Counted from the stretch's first letter, positions 1 through 24,555 are shown. The stretch: 64,000 bases of DNA from the human T2T-CHM13v2.0 reference genome, Homo sapiens (GCF_009914755.1 NC_060931.1); one strand, 5' to 3'. Notes: generated from the letters alone by a model not told the origin. Translations and numbers: made by a program.

Positions 1-85
1 AGCACTTTGGAAGGCCGAGATGGATCACCTGAGGTTGGGAGTTCGAGACTAGCCTGATAAACACGGAGAAACCCCGTCTCTATTA

Positions 86-244
<159 letters not shown>

Positions 245-367
245 TCAAAAAAAAAAAAAGAATTTTGACAACATGAATTCTCCTATCCTGGAACATAATT
301 AATAGTTACAGGCATATTATTTCATGTGGAAGGTACCATTTTAAAAAAAAACAATGTTAAGCATTAA

Positions 368-670
<303 letters not shown>

Positions 671-730
671 TGAGTCACTGTGGCCGGCCTGCATATAATC
701 TTCCAATCTGACTTAAGACTGAAGACCTAC

Positions 731-789
731 CTCCTGAAGCTGGTTTATCAAGCTGTAAATCTTCACATCTTAAATTCATAACTTCATGT
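731..789 (-). pseudogene. GTF2I-like 59-nt exon
   Basis: Minus strand reads cctttcag|ACATGAAGTTATG...GCTTCAGGAG|gtaggt and translates HEVMNLRCEDLQLDKPASG. Confidence 0.9.
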
Positions 790-978
790 CTGAAAGGTGA
801 GAATACTTAATATTCACTAGGCAATATTCAGCAAAGTAACATCCACTAGTACATATTTAACATTGAATCACCAAGGATGGTTTTGAAAAGACAAGACAGG
901 CTGGGCACGATCGCTCACACCTGTAATCCCAGCACTTTGGGAGGCCGAGACTGGCAGATCACAAAATCAGGAGTTCTA

Positions 979-1233
<255 letters not shown>

Positions 1234-1732
1234 CTACACCTTCATTTGAGGTTTCTACAGAGTAACAAAACAAAACAATAATTGTAAATTGTCACATAAG
1301 GTGCTTCATGGAGCATGTGCCCTCAAAAGTGGTAACTTTGCAACCCACAGGTCTTTGAAGCATATTACAAAAATCTTAAATGGGATCCTTTAATATCACA
1401 CTGCATTCAAGACTATCTTCCTCTACACATCTAGAAAAACAATCATATATTCCCACATATGCTATAAAAATCTTAGGCCTAAAAGCAAGACATGGATATT
1501 ATTATTTTTAGCAAAAGTAGCAGAAAATTGTGAAAGAAAATGTCAGTTGCATGCCAGTCAGGTGCGGGCAGTGTTCATGTTTCAAAAGCTAACACTGGCA
1601 TGACTGACTCAATGTTGGACCCAAATAAATTAAAAAGTGATACATAAAAATACATATAATAGGACGGACGTGGTGGCTCAAGTCTGTAATCCCAGCACTT
1701 TGGGAGTCCAAGGCGGGCAGATCACAAGCTCA

Positions 1733-2183
<451 letters not shown>

Positions 2184-2359
2184 GGCGGGACAAGGTGGTT
2201 CATGCCTGTAATCCCAGCATTTTGGGAGGCTGAAGCGGGAGGATCACCTGAGGTCAGGAGTTCAAGACCCACCTGGCCAACATGGTGAAACCCCAACTCT
2301 ACTAAAAATACAAAAATTAGGAGGGTGTGGTGGTGGGTGCCTGTAATCACAGCTACTCA

Positions 2360-2464
<105 letters not shown>

Positions 2465-2768
2465 TCAAAAAAAACAAACAAATAAATAAATAAAGAGAAA
2501 TATCCTATTGCTTTAAGGCAATGTAGACACAGCCAGACTTTCTAAAAAAATCTGAACCACATTATAAAGCCAAAAAAAAAAAAACTGTCTACTTTTATTT
2601 AATACATATAGTACTAAATGGAAGAGGTAATATTTTCAAAACATAAACATTAGTGTAACCTTATTGGACTTTTACAAATAATTTTTTAAATAACAGAAGA
2701 AGATTCTCATGAACTGCAACATTTCAGCGAGCATTTATTTACTCAAGATTAAAATAATACAACAGCTA

Positions 2769-3174
<406 letters not shown>

Positions 3175-3653
3175 CTATTTGCTAAACATCGATATCTATA
3201 CTAAAGTTTCAAGTGTACTATATAACACATTAGTGCTGACTTAGGTTTAATATCCTTTGCTGTACACTAAACTTCAGTATCATACTTATATATCACAACA
3301 AAACTATCTTTCTCTAAGGTAATTACCATTAATATTGCTTTAAAATTATGAAATGTGAAGATTGTTTTTGTAATTTCACAACAGCTGAACATTATTGTCT
3401 TTAAACAAAATAATCTAATAAATCACCATCACAACAAAAGCCCCACAACATTAATGTTTCACCTTACAAAAAGCATTGACATTTATAAAATTGTCATAGT
3501 CAATTTATAAGACTGTAATAGCAAATTATTTTTACTCAGAATAGTACTAAATTAACAATATAATAAAAACATAGTGGTGGCTCACATCTGTAATCCCACT
3601 TTGGGAGGCAGGTGGATCACTTGAGGTCAGGAGTTCGAGGCCAGCCGGGCCTA

Positions 3654-3855
<202 letters not shown>

Positions 3856-4707
3856 TCAATCAATCAACCAATAAAAACATAAGAAGGAAGCATTTACTAT
3901 GTATTTATATGCCTGGTATTATGTGAAGCACTTTACTATCTTATCAAATCTTTGGGATAAATCTTCAGTTCTCATGAACACAAAAGAGGATACTAAGGCT
4001 CAGAAGGAGAAGAGATGTGGCCAGGCTGTGTCCCCAGAGCCTATGATCTCACCACTAGGTTACAGTGCTTCCAAATAACACGTTATGAGGTTTTTGCTTT
4101 AAAATGAACCAATAAAAAACAAAGGCAAAAAAGGCATAAGCTATTAAAAAGTAGGAGAAACACTAAAAGAGCCTTAAGCACATAACTAAAAATATTATGG
4201 AAAAGTTATTAATTAATTAGCAAATTTACTCTAATTCTAGACTTTCATTGAGGGGTACGTTATATTACTCATGATGAAGAGAAAATGTTCACTTCAAGTA
4301 TATTAACATAAACACCATTAATATGGTTTATCATGTTTAAATGTTCACTTAAAGCACTTCAGTTAAAATTCTGCGTATCACACAATTCTATAGCTTGCTA
4401 GTAGACTGCAAAGTAAATAGTCATTCAAATAAAAACGGCAAAACACATGATGTTTTTCGCAGGTTGTTGCTATTTTTAGGTAAGCATTTGCTATATACCA
4501 TCAAAGAGATAACAACAAATTGCTAATTTCTTTCATCATTATATAAAGGTGGCTTTAGGATAGAACAGTATAAGGGCAAAGAAGAATTTGAAATCTAACG
4601 TCAACTCGGCAATGCATCAAGATAAAAAGTAGAGACAATAGGGGCATCTTGATGAATATCGAATTTTTTTTTTTTAGACAGAATTTTGCTCTTGTTGCCC
4701 AGACTAA

Positions 4708-4836
<129 letters not shown>

Positions 4837-5292
4837 TAGTAGAGAAAGGGTTTCTCCATGTTGGTTAGTTTGGTCTCGAACTCCCATCTCAGGTGATCCG
4901 CCTGCCTCGGCCTCCCACAGTGCTGGGATCACAGGCATGAGCCACCATGCCTGGCCAAATAACAAATTTAACAAAGCAGATTGAGAGAAACAATTAGTTT
5001 AAAAAAATAAAAAATGGCCTGGTGAGTTGGCTCACGCCTATAATCCCAGCACTTTGGGAGGCCAAGGTGGGTGGATCACAAGGTCCAGAGTTCAAGACCA
5101 GCCTGGCCAAGATCGTGAAACCCCATCTCACCTAAAAATACAAAATTAGTGGGGCGTGGTGGTGGGCACCTGTAATCCCACCTGCTCAGTAGGCTGAGGC
5201 AGAGAATTGCTTGAACCTGGCAGACGGAGGTTGCGGTGAGCTGAGATCACACCACTGCACTCCAGCCTCGGCGACAGAGTGAGACTCCATCT

Positions 5293-5322
<30 letters not shown>

Positions 5323-5358
<36 letters not shown>
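5323..5358. repeat. (TA)n microsatellite after an Alu poly-A tail
   Basis: Directly visible. Confidence 0.95.
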
Positions 5359-5362
<4 letters not shown>

Positions 5363-5681
5363 CAATTAAATCCCTAAGATCCAGGGATTTGCAATAAGCA
5401 TGTAAATAAATCCCAAATATTATGCTGAAAGTTTAAAAGAAATGCTAATTGATAATTAGAGAAATACAACTTTTCCTTAGCTTTCTAGTAATCTAGAAAC
5501 AAAGAATGTTTCTAATATTTAGACAGACACTACAAAGTACCTTACAAGGAGAGACTTGTAAGGATGGCGTGACTCACCAGCAGCCCTGGGCTTGTCCACA
5601 GTACCCCCATGATGAACAGTAACTCCACTGTGTAAATGCTCATGAACAAACTATTACAGGACTTTTCCAGTTTAGACACAC

Positions 5682-5747
5682 TGTATTTTCTTTCAGACAA
5701 TTCTTCAACTTGTTTACATAGATCAGCAATAAGATTATTCCATTTCT
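5682..5747 (-). pseudogene. GTF2I-like 66-nt exon
   Basis: Minus strand reads ttttcag|AGAAATGGAATAATC...AAAATACA|gtgtgt and translates KWNNLIADLCKQVEELSERKY. Confidence 0.9.
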
Positions 5748-6526
5748 CTGAAAATTGACCAAAAGTTGATTCTCAATACATCCCTATGTCAAAGCAGCAA
5801 TAACATATAATGACTTATTTTCTATATTTTACATCCTAACAGATCATATCATTTTACTGCTTTTGAAAAAATTTTTCCCCTTTTTGGTGGTTCTTAGAAT
5901 TACTTTAAAGGGAGACTATAAGAGAAGTTTTAAAGTTTAGTACCTCTTTTTAGTCTTTTAATTCTGAAAAGCAGAAGGGCAGAGAAGATCAATCAAATTA
6001 AACACAACAGCAGGGAGGCCACAATGAGGTCTCCAGGGGTCTTTTAGCAAACTTCCTAAAACATGTCTCAGCTGTGTGGAAATAAGATTTTACAGTGGTG
6101 GTGGTGCAGGCCTGTAATCCTAGCCCTTTGGAAGCAGAGGCAGGGCAGATCCTTTGAGCTAAGGTCAACACAGCAGAAACCCCCCCTCCCCTCCCCGACC
6201 CCCCAGTCCCACCCCCGTCTCCACCAAAAATACAAAAGTTAGCCAGGTGTGGTGGCAGACAGCTGCAGTCCCAGCTACTTGGGAGGCTGAGGCAGAATTG
6301 CTTGAACCCAGGAGGCAGATGTTACAGTGGGCCGAGACGGTGCCACTGCCAGCCTGGATGACAGAGCAATACTCCGTCTCAAAAAACAAAAACAAAAACA
6401 CCAGGTTAAGAGAGACCCCAGACCTTACAGATACAAGTTTAACAGGGACCCCAAAGCAAAAAATCCCAACCCTTTTTCTCCCAATCATTGAAACACCAGG
6501 AGGGTGTAATAGTTTTGCAGCCTAGC

Positions 6527-6964
6527 TGTAGTAGGCTGATGCCCCGAAGATGCCCACATCATAATCCCTGGAACCAGTGAACATGACCTTATATGGCAAA
6601 AGGGGCTTTGCAAGTATAATGAAGTTAAGAGTCTTTGGCCAGCTTGTCCCCACAGGGTTTATGTACTCACCTGGATCCTTATAAGAGCAGAGCAGGTGAT
6701 GGAGAGCGGTGGGAGGTGTAGTGATGAAAGCAGGAAACGCGAGTCATTCGAGAAGGGCAGCACAAGCTGAGGAGTACAGGCCGCCTCCAGGGCCAGGAAA
6801 CGGATTCTCCCGCAGAGCCTGGAAAGGCACTGACCCTGCTCCCACCTTGACTCAGTGGGACTGACTTTAGAATTCTGGCCTTCAGAAATGTAAAGGAATA
6901 CCTCTATGCTGTTTTAAGCCACTAAGTGTGTGGTAATTTATTGCGGCAGCAACGGGGAACTAGT
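6527..6964 (+). mobile_element. MLT1-family (ERVL-MaLR) solo LTR
   Basis: Typical MLT1 5' part (tgtagtaggctg...gaccttatatggcaaaaggggctttgca) and 3' end (tgttttaagccactaagtgtgtggtaatttattgcggcagc). Confidence 0.75.
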
Positions 6965-7286
6965 ATTGTAGTGAAGCCTCAATACCCACCTGAAGGGGCC
7001 AGGCGCAGTGGCTCACGCCTGTAATCCCAGCACTTTGGGAAGCCGAGGTGGGCAGATTACTTCAAGTCAGGAGTTCCAGACCAGCCTGGCCAACATGGTG
7101 AAACCCCGTCTCTACAAAAATTAGACAGGTGTGGTGGCGCATGCCTGCAATCTCAGCTACTCAGGAAGCTGAAACATGGGAATCACTTGAACCCGGCAGG
7201 GGGCGGGGGAGGGGGTGAAGGTTGAAGTGAGCCAAGATCATGCCACTGCACTCCAGTCTGGGAGACAGAGTGAAACTGTGTCTCAA

Positions 7287-7319
<33 letters not shown>

Positions 7320-7376
7320 TGGCTTTGGCAGAGGGGCTGGCCAGGCAGTGCCTTCCCTTGGGTTTCTCCTGGGTAG

Positions 7377-7643
<267 letters not shown>

Positions 7644-7655
7644 TAGCATACCTAG

Positions 7656-7826
<171 letters not shown>

Positions 7827-9359
7827 TGATCAGTCCTTGTCTGGTCTGGCTCTGTCCCACTCTCCCTCTCACCAAGTTCGAACCCCTAGCTAGTTTTCAG
7901 AGGAGTAGAGTGTGTACCCCAATCCCAACTGGGTATGGTTCAGATCTGCATTTAACTCATGAAGCCTGGCTGCTCCGCAGGTCCTGGAGAAAAAAAGAGT
8001 CTCGCTGCAGGTATGATACAGGACAGGCTTGTCCCCAGGACCCGCCTGTCCCCAGGAAGAGGGAAGCCCAATGTCCCACCAGGTTGGCAGGGCTGGGGAA
8101 GGGAAAGTGTTATAGTAGCCCCAAGACTAAAAAGAGGCAGCAGAGGGAGCAGGACAGTGCTCCCATGGAACTCAAGCCGCTGCCTGAGTGAGGTGAGGGA
8201 AGAGTGCACCCACTGACATCAGGGGACAGAGAGGTGCGGTTCCAGCGCGGCTTTTCCCCTTGCGTCTTGCCATGTGACTCTGATCCCCTCCAGGTGAGCC
8301 TGCCCACTTTGGGCCCAGGGTTGCCGCTGGGGCCTGTACCCAAAAGCAGCCCCCCATGGCCATGACCCCACTCCCAGGAGTGGGGCAGAGCAGGGAGGAG
8401 TCCTGGAAAGAGGAGACGCAGGGACAAGAAGGAATGGGCCTCAAACTCCAGGAGGGGGACCTTCTCATGGGTCCTGTTTTCTGGTCTCTCCTCGCTTACC
8501 CCTGGGCTGATCACCCTGGGAAGAACTGAGCCAAGGTTTCTCACCCTCAGGTCCAAGGGGTTCAATTACCGGGCCCTTAGGGAGATGCGAGCCCCCTAAA
8601 ACGATGCAAAGTTCCTGGCCTAATTTTTATATTTTTAGTAGACATGGGGTTTCACCCATGTCTACTGATCGGAATGCCTCGAGCACACAAAATGTTGGAA
8701 TTTACAGGCGTGAGCCAACGTGCCCGGCCAGCCCTATTTATTTCAGCCTATACATTTTGCACTTGTTAAAAGTATTTGAACATACAATTATCATGTTTTC
8801 TTTAAGCAGTCCCTCCCTGTTGTACACTTGGATAGTTTATTTTTTTAGACAAGGTTTACCTCCGTCTCGCAGGATGGAGTGCTGTGATGGGATCATAGCT
8901 CATTGCAGCCTTGAACCTTGGGGTTCAAGTATCTGGGAAGCTGAGGTGGGACTACAGAGATGGGGTCGCGCCATGTTGCCCAGGCAGCTCTTTAACTCCT
9001 GGCCTGAACGGATCCTTCCGCCTCGGCCGAGCCTGGACATAGTTTTCTAGTTTTGACCCACAGAAACACTGTGCTGGGTCGGAGTTTGTCAACCACCCTT
9101 CTCCAGCCAGCAACACACAGAACATGGCGGGGAAGTCGCGGTTACCAGGCTCCACTCCGAGGAAAAACCAGCGCAGCTCCAGGCACTGTAGCGCCACTGT
9201 GACGTCGCCGAAGGCCGGCGCTATTACGACGCCGGAAGGCCCGCGCCTGTGACGTCAGCTGAGGCGCGCCCCTGTGATATCGCACAGGCCCGCCCCTTCT
9301 GTAGAACCAATCGGAACTCGAGGCGCAGCGGCTGGGTATTCCAGGAGAGCGCATGCGCA

Positions 9360-11130
<1,771 letters not shown>

Positions 11131-11631
11131 GTTTTTGGGGTTTTTTTTTCAGTTACTATGATAACTCTTTTCAAGTCCACAAATGATTTGTTCTTAGCTG
11201 TAAAGAAGAGGTCAGAAATGTAAGTGGGGAGAGAACAAAGATAGGAATATGTGTAAGATTTCTACCTAAATGTTGGCAGGGCACGGTAGCTTATGTCTGT
11301 AATCCCAGCACTTTGGGAGACCTAGGTGGTCGATCGCCTGGAGTCAGAAGTTCGAGACCAGCCTGGCAAACATGGCAAAACCCCATCTCTACTAAAAATA
11401 CAAAAATTAGATGGGCGTGGTGGTGGGCGCCTTTAGTCCCAGCTACTTGGGAGGCTGAGGCAGGAGAATCGCTTGAACCTGTGAGGCCAATGTTGCGGTG
11501 AGCCAAGATCATGCCACTGCGCTACAGCCTGGGCAACAGAGCAAGACTCCATCTAAAAAAAAGACTTCTACCTAAATGTCACAGACTACTCTGAAGGTTA
11601 ATATTTGGTATTGTGATGTATATTGCACAGT

Positions 11632-12760
11632 GTGTCAACCTCAAATAATCAAAAGGGTCAGAATCTAAAGGGAGTTTATTCATGCACAGAGTTTAAGGAG
11701 AGCCACCTGGGAAGCGCAGGTACCCAAGGGTGGAAGACAGTGTTCCAAGGCTTAGAAGTTTGGGATCACTTGCATAGACAAAGTTTAGGGAAGTTTAGCA
11801 GAATTTCAGCATCTCTCCGTTTAAGGCTTAATACGTAGTTAAAACAATCTGATTGGTTCAGGTGGTCTTTCTTTGACTCTGTCACCCAGGCTGGAGTGCA
11901 GTGGTGCAATCGCAACTCATTACAGCCTCAGCCTCCTGGCTCAAGTGATCCTCCCACCTCAGCATCCCTAGTAGCTGGGACTACAGGCGTGCACCAACAC
12001 ACCTGACTAATTTTTGTATTTTTTGTAGAGACAGGGTTTCACCACATTGCCCAGGCCAGTCTCAAATTCCTGGGCTTAAGCAGTCCACTCACCTCAGCCT
12101 CCCAAAGTACCGGGATTACAGGCATGAGTGACGGCGCCCAGACTAGGTGGTCTTTTTTCCGGGAAAGGTGTATTTTACCTTCTACACTGAAGATGTAAGT
12201 CATGGGGTCTTTTGTGCCATCTGGTGTGAGGTACAGAACAATAAAGGAGGCAGTTAATGTGTAATAAAGATGAGTGATTGGAAGGAGAGTAGGACTAGTC
12301 TCTGGTCTCTCATAGTCATTTACCGAATGAAAATAATAAGGAAGGAATAAATTATAATTTAAGAAGCAGAAGTGGCCGGGCGCGGTGGCTCACACCTGTA
12401 ATCCCAGCACTTTGGGAGGCTGAGGCAGGTGGATCATGAGGTCAGGAGATCGAGACCAGCCTGGCTAACACAGTGAAACCCCGTCTCTACTAAAAACACA
12501 AAAAATTTGCTGGGCTTGGTGGCGGGCACCTGTAGTCCCAGCTACTTGGGAGGCTGAGGCAGGAGAATGGCGTGAACCCGGGAGGTGGAGCTTGCAGTGA
12601 GCTGAGATCCTGCCACTGCACTCTGACCCGGGCGACAGAGCGAGACTCCGTCTCAAAAAAAAAACAGAAGCAGAAGTTGCAAACATGCTATGTGACTCGG
12701 TCAGGGTGTAACTTCCCTCCTGGCATGATAAATTTATAGAGGGTCCTGAAACTTTTTTTT
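11632..12760. mobile_element. ERV1-type solo LTR interrupted by two Alus
   Basis: tgtcaacctcaaataatcaaaagggtcagaatc...gagtttattcatgcac and caatctgattggttcaggtggtc resemble MER4-group/ERV1 LTRs. Subfamily not determined. Confidence 0.5.
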
Positions 12761-12776
12761 ATTTTATAGTTGCTAG

Positions 12777-13139
<363 letters not shown>

Positions 13140-13594
13140 TAGAAAATGAATTATAAGGCACAGAGAGTTCAAGTACCTTTCCAAAGATGACACAGCTAAT
13201 TAGACAGCAGACTAGGTGACCTGACCCCAGGACTTTTGCCCTTGACCTCTGCACTACCTTGTTGAGCAGAGCAGTAAATATTTCATACATAGCTTTATCC
13301 AGAATTTTCCTGTTGGTTGTGGTAAACCATGTTTTGTTGTTTTGAGACAGGCTCTTCTTCTGTTGCCCAGGCTGCTGGTGTGCAGCGACACAAACACTGC
13401 TCACTGCAGCCTTAACCTCCTGGGCTCAGGCTATCCATTTCAGCTTCCGGAAGTGCTGGGATTACAGGAATGTGCCATCATGCCTGGCCTCACACTACAT
13501 TTTAATGCTTTTTTTGAAAATGAAAACTTTTGGCCAGGCACAGTGACTCTCACCTGTAATCCCAGCACTTTGGGAGGCTGAGGCGGGCGGATCA

Positions 13595-13860
<266 letters not shown>

Positions 13861-14232
13861 CTAATGATAAGGAAATGATGCTGTTCTGTTTTGTTTTCTT
13901 TTTGCATGTTTTTTTTTTCTTTTTTGAGAGAGGTTCTTGCTCTGTTGCCCAGGCTGGAGTGAGGTGGCGCAATCATGGCTCACTGCAGCCTCGACCTCCC
14001 AGACTCAAGCAATCCTTCCCCCAGCCTCCTAAGTAGCTGAGACTACAGGTTGTGCTACCACAGTTGGCTAATTTTTGTATTTTTTGTAGAGACAGGGTTT
14101 CACCATGTTGCCCAGGGTGGTCTCAAACTCCTGGGCTCAGCTATCCTCCACCCTTGGCCTCCCAAAGTGCTGGGATTACAGGCGTGAGCCACTGTACTTG
14201 GCTGATGCTGTTCTTTTCAAACGCATATTTAC

Positions 14233-14263
<31 letters not shown>

Positions 14264-14440
14264 TTGAGATGGAGTCTCACTCTGTCTCCCCGGCTGGAGT
14301 GCAGTGGTGCAATCTTGACTCACTGCAGCCTGGTCTTGAACTCCTGACCTCAGATGATCCACGTGCCTTGGCATCCCAAAGTGCTGGGATTACAGGTGTG
14401 ATCCACCACACGTGACGATTTTGCTCATTTTAGATACTAG

Positions 14441-14655
<215 letters not shown>

Positions 14656-15387
14656 TGACCTCGTGATCCGCCTGCCTCGGCCTCCCAAAATGCATGAGCC
14701 ACTGCACCCGGCCAAAAAAAATTTTTTTTGAGGCAAAATCTTACTCTGTCATGCAGGCTGGAGTACAGTGGCACAGTCACAGCTCACTGCAGCCTCGAAT
14801 TCCTTGACTCAGGTGATTCTCCCACCATAGTCTCCAAGTATCTGGGACTACAGGTGCACGCCGCCACCACACCCAGCTAATTTTTGTTTGTTTATTTTGT
14901 TTTTTGAGATAGAGTCTCACTCTGTTGCCCAGGCTGGAGTGTAGTGGCGCGATCTCGGCTCACTGCAAGCTCTGCCTCCTGGGTTCATGCCATTCTCCTG
15001 CCTCCACCTCCTGAGTAGCTGGGACTACAGGCGCCTGCCACCACGTCTGGCTAAATTTTTTGTATTTTTAACAGAGACGAGGTTTCACCATCTATTAAAG
15101 CCAAAATGGTCTTGATCTCCTGACCTCGTGATCCGCCGGCCTCAGCCTCCCGAAGTACTGGGATTACAGGCATGAGCCACCGCACCCGGCCCACACCCAG
15201 CTAATTTTTTTTTGTATTTTGTAGAGAAAGTGTTTTGCCATATTGCCCAGGCTGGTCTCAAACTCATGGGCTCAAGCGATCTTCCAGCCTCAGCCTCCTA
15301 AAGTGCTAGGATTACAGGCATGAGCCACTGCTCCCAACCTTTTTAATTCAATTTAAATTATAAATATGATCGCTATAGAAAATACGT

Positions 15388-16207
15388 ATATTATTTATCT
15401 GCTGCTATGTAACAAATTACTCCAGACCTAGTGGCTGAAAATAAATACTTAGGACCAGGCACAGTGGCTCATGCCTGTAATCCCAACACTTTGAGAGGCC
15501 GAGGTGGGAAGATCACTTGCGTCCAGCAGTTTAAGATCAACGTGGGCAACATAGTGAGACTCCATCTCTACAGAAAATGCAAACATTAGCCAGGTGTGAT
15601 GGTGCACACCTGTGGTCCCAGCTACTTAGGAGGCTGATGTGGGAGAATCACTTGAGCCAGGGAGGGAGAGGTTACAGTGAGCCAAGATCACACCACCACA
15701 CTCCAGCCTGGGTGACAGAGTGAGACTCTGTCTCAAAAATAAATAAATAAATAAATAAATAAAATATTTACTTAGGAACTCCATTTCTGTGAGTCAGGAA
15801 TTCAGGAGTGGCATAGCTGGGTCATCTGGGCTCAGGGTGTCTCGTGACATTGCAGTCAAGCTGTCCTCTGAGACTGCAGTCACCTAAAGCCTGTTTCCAA
15901 GATGGCTCACTCATGTGACTGCTGACCGGAGGCCTCAGTTCCTGTCACATGAGCCTCCCTACAGGCTGCTTAGGTGTCATGGTGTGACAGCTGGCTTTCC
16001 CAAGTGAGTAATCAAAGAGTGAGCAAGGAGGAAGCCGTAGTACCTTTTATGATGTAGCTTGCAAAGTTGCAAGCCATCACTTTTGCTTTTTCCTATCTGT
16101 CAGAAGGGAATCACGTAACCCAGCCCACACTAAAAGAGATAGGAACTGGGCTCCGCCTTTTGAAGAGAGTATCAGAGAATTTGGGGACATATTTTAAATG
16201 ACCATAC
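15388..16207 (-). mobile_element. MLT1-family LTR split by an Alu (about 15453-15763)
   Basis: tatctgctgctatgtaacaaattactccagacctagtggctgaaa ... ttctgtgagtcaggaattcaggagtggcatagctggg ... gaatttggggacatattttaa. Confidence 0.7.
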
Positions 16208-16550
16208 TATGTTTAATTATTGCAAGTACAGTCACTGTAGAAAAATTGGAAAATAGGGACAAGCAGAAAAAACAGTCACTTGTAATTCCATGAATCAATG
16301 GATAACATTACTAGTTGGATGTATATAATTCCAATATTCAAAATATATATTTTCTCAAAATATAAATACACTATATGTACTGTGGTGTAATCTGCTCTTT
16401 CACTTAATGTATGTATTATAAAAAATACCTTTCATGTCAAATATTCTTTCCTTTTTTTTTTTTTATTGAGACGGAACTTCATTCTTGTCACCCAGGCTAG
16501 AGTGCAATGGTGCGATCTCTGCTCACTGCAACCTCTGCCTCATGGGTTGA

Positions 16551-16802
<252 letters not shown>

Positions 16803-17597
16803 TAGTAGAGACAGGATTTCACCGCGTTAGCCAGTATGGTCTTGATCTCCTGACCTTGTGATCCACCTGCCTCGGCCTCCCAAAGTGCTGGGATTACAGG
16901 CGTGAGCCACCATGCCCAGCCAAGCTAATTTTTTTGTATTTTTAGTAGAGACAGGGTTTCACCATGTTGACTAGGCTAGTCTCAGACTCTTGACCTCAAG
17001 TGATCACCCACCTCGGCCTCCCAAAGTGCTGGGATTACAGGCATGAGCCACCGTACTTAGCCCCTCATAACATTTTTTAATGGTTGCATACATTTCATCA
17101 TATGTATGTATCATAACTTATTTAATGAATTCTATTATAGGACACTTAGGTTGTTTACAGGTTTTCCCTGTTTTATACATTTTTTTAAATGAACATCCCT
17201 ACAGCACATTTATTTGTACAATCATGACTGTTTCTTAAATCCCTAGAAGTGAAATTTTTGGAACACAGTTTGCATAATTTTAAAACTTCAAATGCCTGTT
17301 ACCTAATTTGAGCAGAATTTCTACTGCAATAATCAAGAGTCCATTTGGCCAAATTTCTTATCTATGACAACACCTGCAAAAGTTCAAATACTGATAACTA
17401 TAAGTGAATTTGTTGAGAGTGACTGAAATCACTATGGAATGAGAAATTGCTATAAAAATTTTACTAAAGAGTGAACTGGCTGGGCGCAGTGGCTCACGCC
17501 TGTAATCCTAGCACTTTGGGAGGCGAGGTGAGCGGATTGCCTGGGCTCAGAAGTTTGAGACCGCCCTGGACAACATGGTAAAATCTCATAAGTACTA

Positions 17598-17903
<306 letters not shown>

Positions 17904-17959
17904 TTAGTGCTTTCAGCTTTAGGATTTTTGGTGACTCTGTAGAGGGATCTATTAGTGGG

Positions 17960-22271
<4,312 letters not shown>

Positions 22272-22466
22272 TAGGAGAGACAGCGTTTCACCTTGTTAGC
22301 CAGGATGGTCTCGATCTCCTGACCTCGTGATCCGCCCGCCTCGGCCTCCCAAAGTGCTGGGGTTACAGGCGTGAGCCACTGCACCTGGCCTAATTTTAGG
22401 ATTTTTATTAGAAACTGGGTTTCACCGTGTTGGCAAGGCTGGTCTCGAAGTCCTGACCTCAAGTGA

Positions 22467-22849
<383 letters not shown>

Positions 22850-23624
22850 TAAGAGAGGGAGTCTCACTATGTTGCCCAGGCTGGATTCAAACTCTCAGGC
22901 TCAAGCAATCCTCCTGTATCAGCCCCCTCAGGAGCTGCGATGACATGCACATGCCACTGTGCTTGGCAACTTTTCATATTTTTCCATTTCCACTGAATTG
23001 TAAATAAACTGAAAGCAAGGTCCAGAACCTGTGTGTTCTTGCAGGCTCACCAGCACTATAGATATGTAGCCTGAGCTGGACATATATTTAGGGCATAGAA
23101 CTTTATTTTCATTTTATTTTTTGTAGAGATGGGATCTCACTATGTTGCCCAGGCTGGTCTCAAACTCCTGGGCTTCCAGCCATCCTCCTGCCTTAGCCTC
23201 CCAAAGTGCTGGGATTACAGGTGTGTGCCACTGTGCCTGGCCTTAGGGCACAGAATTAATGTGGTGTGAAAGGAAGTGCATCTAGCCCAGTCCCCCACTG
23301 ATGGATTCATCTACATTCACACAGACAAGGTAGGGAGTTCAGGATGAGTTGCTATTATTTTCAAAGTGATGACATTTCCACTTGAAATCATGGTCCTGTG
23401 CATTCATTCACCCCTCTAACTTTTCAAATCAGGAGACAGTGACTAGAGGCCCTGCCCACGGCCCCCACAGCAAATGTCATGAGAATTTCAGGTCCATCCT
23501 GACAACCATCCCCTCTCAGTGCCCGGGTGAGTTTCCCTGGCATTTAAGAATGCTTACCAGTCTTCTGGCTTCCACCCCAAATCCAAGAAGTAGATTTCTT
23601 TCAGCTTTATTGACTTTTCATTAA

Positions 23625-23967
<343 letters not shown>

Positions 23968-24214
23968 TAGCCAGGATAGTCTCGATCTCCTGACCTTGTG
24001 ATCCACCTGCCTCAGCCTCCCAGAGTTCTAGGATTACAGGCATGGGCCACTGCATCCGGCCCAACTCATTATTATATTAAAGAGGGACAAGTCTCAGAAC
24101 CTGCCAAGAGGGGGTGATTCTACCCCTATAGCAAATTTAGAAAATATTAAAAAGGAAAATTAAAAGCACCTGTAACCTTCAAATCCAATAGTAACTACTG
24201 TTAAGATTTTGCTG

Positions 24215-24555
24215 TCTTTTTTCCCATTTTCTCTTTTCTTTCCTTCCTTCCTCCCTCCCTCCCTACTTTCCTATTTCTTTCCTTTTCTCTCCTTCCTACC
24301 TTCTCTGCTTCCTTTCATTTTTTTTCCTTTCCTTTTCCCTTCCTTTCTTCTTTTTCTTTCTTCCCTCCCTCCCTCTCTGCCTCCCTCCCTTCCTTCCTCC
24401 CTCTTCCCTATGTTTCTTCCTTCCTTCCTCCTTTCTTTTCTTTCTTTTTTCTTTCTTTCTCTCTTTTCTTTCTTTCTTTCTCTTCCTTCCTTTTCCTCCT
24501 TTTCATTGTTCCTTTCTTTCTTTCCCCCATCCTTCCTTCCCAACTGCCTGCCTTC
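24215..24555. repeat. Long CT-rich polypyrimidine low-complexity tract (TTCC/TCCC/TTTC)
   Basis: Directly visible. Confidence 0.95.
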
